DNA of 63,784 nucleotides, the filler included, from Octopus bimaculoides (Eukaryota), in the NCBI RefSeq assembly GCF_001194135.2. It is 5 parts of 4 records of this genome, joined end to end, with 100 filler letters (N's around TTAATTAATTAA, not from the genome) between each part and the next. Parts side by side here need not be neighbours in the genome. Positions count along the whole stretch, not along the records: positions 49,310 to 62,332 come from NC_068998.1; positions 62,433 to 63,784 come from NC_068981.1; 3 more parts are not named here. The stretch is one strand, 5' to 3'. The position numbers and the translations under genes are program-made. Position 1 is the first letter of the stretch. Each line of letters starts with the position of its first letter. This document shows, piece by piece, positions 61,706 through 63,784 of this stretch. The notes under the pieces are model-generated. The model was not told the origin of the DNA. It searched no databases and was given only the letters and a program-made list of their open reading frames with translations.

Positions 61706-63784
61706 CAAAAGATATTATGAGTAAATGAAAAAACAAATGTGCCACAAAAGCAATTCTGCAACAGCAGAGTTGAGAGTTCAGCCTCACTGTGAGTTCTTAC
61801 AAACAAGCGTATTTTTATTCTATCATAACATCAGATAAACTAAAGCCTTGTGAGCTTATCTATCCTTACTTCCCATAACCTTTATTCTTCCATTCGTTCT
61901 TTCTTCCCATCCTTTATCCATCCAATCTTACCCGCCCCTCTCTCTCTTTTAACCTTGCTTTATCTTTCCCCATTTTTCTGTACCTTTCTTCTCTCACCTT
62001 ATGAAGTATATTTCCTTAACGGCATTTTCAAATTTTAGCGTTCCCTTCAATACTTGGCTTTCCATATATGTATATGCGTGTATATCTGGCTTTGTCCCTG
62101 TATGTATGCATACTGTGCTATTGTACATATATGTGTGTATGTGATTATTTAAGCATATGTGAGTATATGTATGTTTGGGTGTCCGAAGTTTTTTCTGGGT
62201 TGTGTATGCGCCTGTATGTGTATGTGTAAGTGTGCACATGTGCGTAAGTATGTATTCGTATTCGTCAATTAACGTTAGCATATATGTATATATGTATATG
62301 TTGTGAGTATATGCATGTTTTTAGATGTGATTNNNNNNNNNNNNNNNNNNNNNNNNNNNNNNNNNNNNNNNNNNNNTTAATTAATTAANNNNNNNNNNNN
62401 NNNNNNNNNNNNNNNNNNNNNNNNNNNNNNNNATATATATATATATAAATATGTATGTATGTATTTATATACGTATGTAAGTATATGTATGTGCATGTGT
62501 GTGCATGCGAGTGTGTGTGGGAGAGTGGGGTGTATGTTTGTGTTCGTGTATGCGTGTGTATGCATGTACGTATACGTATTAATACAGAAATCCTTTTATT
62601 TTAAAGCAAATATATGAATACTCATGTGGCATTTACTAATGAGGAGACACAATGCTAGGAAGAAAAATCAGTGTTCTTTTTTTTAAAAATAAATCATTCA
62701 ACTTGCATGGAACTTTCAAGCTTCGCCTAAAGACTTCTTTAGCCATTACAGAAAGAACAGCAGAATACATCTTCCGAAAATATGATTTTGAGAAATAAGT
62801 TATACAGTTACAATGAAAATAGCAATGAACAATTTTTATGTTTTTCAAAGTTGTGGCCAACGTAAATGGTTAAGTTCCGCTAAGCTGTTTATAGATGAAG
62901 ATTATTAAACGGAAAAGATTTGAAAAGTAACGTATGATGTAATAAAAGAAGTAAAAAAGATAAGGATTATGTGTAGAATATAGGTTAATATTCAGTAAAC
63001 AATGGTAATTTTCATGGCTTAATGCTGGTAGCTCTTTAAACAAACTTATTCTAAAGACTATAAATGTATGAGCTGGAGTATATAGGAAATATTTTCTCCT
63101 TTCTTTTTAAGCGTTTGCGTATATGTGTCTGTGTGCATAGACGTAATTGTCTAAAAATTATTCGTATGTATTTCTGTCTATAGAAAGAAGGATCTAAACT
63201 GAAATTATATGAATAATTCTCAAAGAGATTAATATTTCTGTTTAGTACTATAAAATAATTAACATTGTGATACATAAATTATGCGCATCGAAATCACAGA
63301 TATTATAAAATTCCACCTGTTTTTATGTACTATTATTGAATATCTTACAAGAAACAACAAAAGTGAGTCACATGAAATAATTGATGTAAAACATCATTAA
63401 CATTTTATTATGAAAGCTACAGTGTAATTAAATTAACAAAAGTAATAATTACAGTAAATTTTACATATTCTCTCGCACTGAATAGTAGGTTTAACTGCCA
63501 ACACATATGACCAGTATGTAGAACTAAAAGAAATAACATAATGCGCTTACAGTAAGCTACAAATATCGGTATTAACATTACAGCGTATCAATTAAAATAT
63601 AATGACTATATGGATGCATTTATGAAAGTATATTATAAATCATAGATTAATTGGGCTAGTCGCTATATAAAATCGTATTAAGTAGAAAATGAAATGTTAT
63701 AGAGAAATATAATTATAGTAAAATAGTAACTCCAATTAAGAAGTAGAGTATAAACAGTGGAGTATTATCAGTACATGTATATAT

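Overview
AT-rich eukaryotic genomic DNA from a gapped draft assembly. It is dense in microsatellites and tRNA-derived SINEs that I recognise as octopus-type; the taxon is inferred from repeat sequences, not proven. There are no prokaryotic features and no CRISPR array. The only convincing host coding sequences are two tandem paralogous minus-strand exons (30858-31811 and 35066-36055) encoding six predicted TM helices of gustatory-receptor-like (GRL / 7TM ion channel) proteins. Both end at an identical phase-0 GTAAGT donor after LNKS, and I cannot find a separate TM7 exon for each, which raises the possibility of variable first exons sharing a 3' exon. The second main signal is a set of minimal type I hammerhead-ribozyme motifs: one intact at 15424-15460, others at 18232, 33382, 39217 and 57223. 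Two sit downstream of clear Penelope-like GIY-YIG tails, and one lies in sense orientation between the two GRL exons. The rest is transposon debris: a decayed Ty3/gypsy pol with an in-frame 36-bp expansion, mariner, CR1 and RTE fragments, a Helentron-like element, a Tigger-like MITE, large foldback elements and a 30-bp minisatellite. Most short ORFs in the track are microsatellite or N-gap artefacts.
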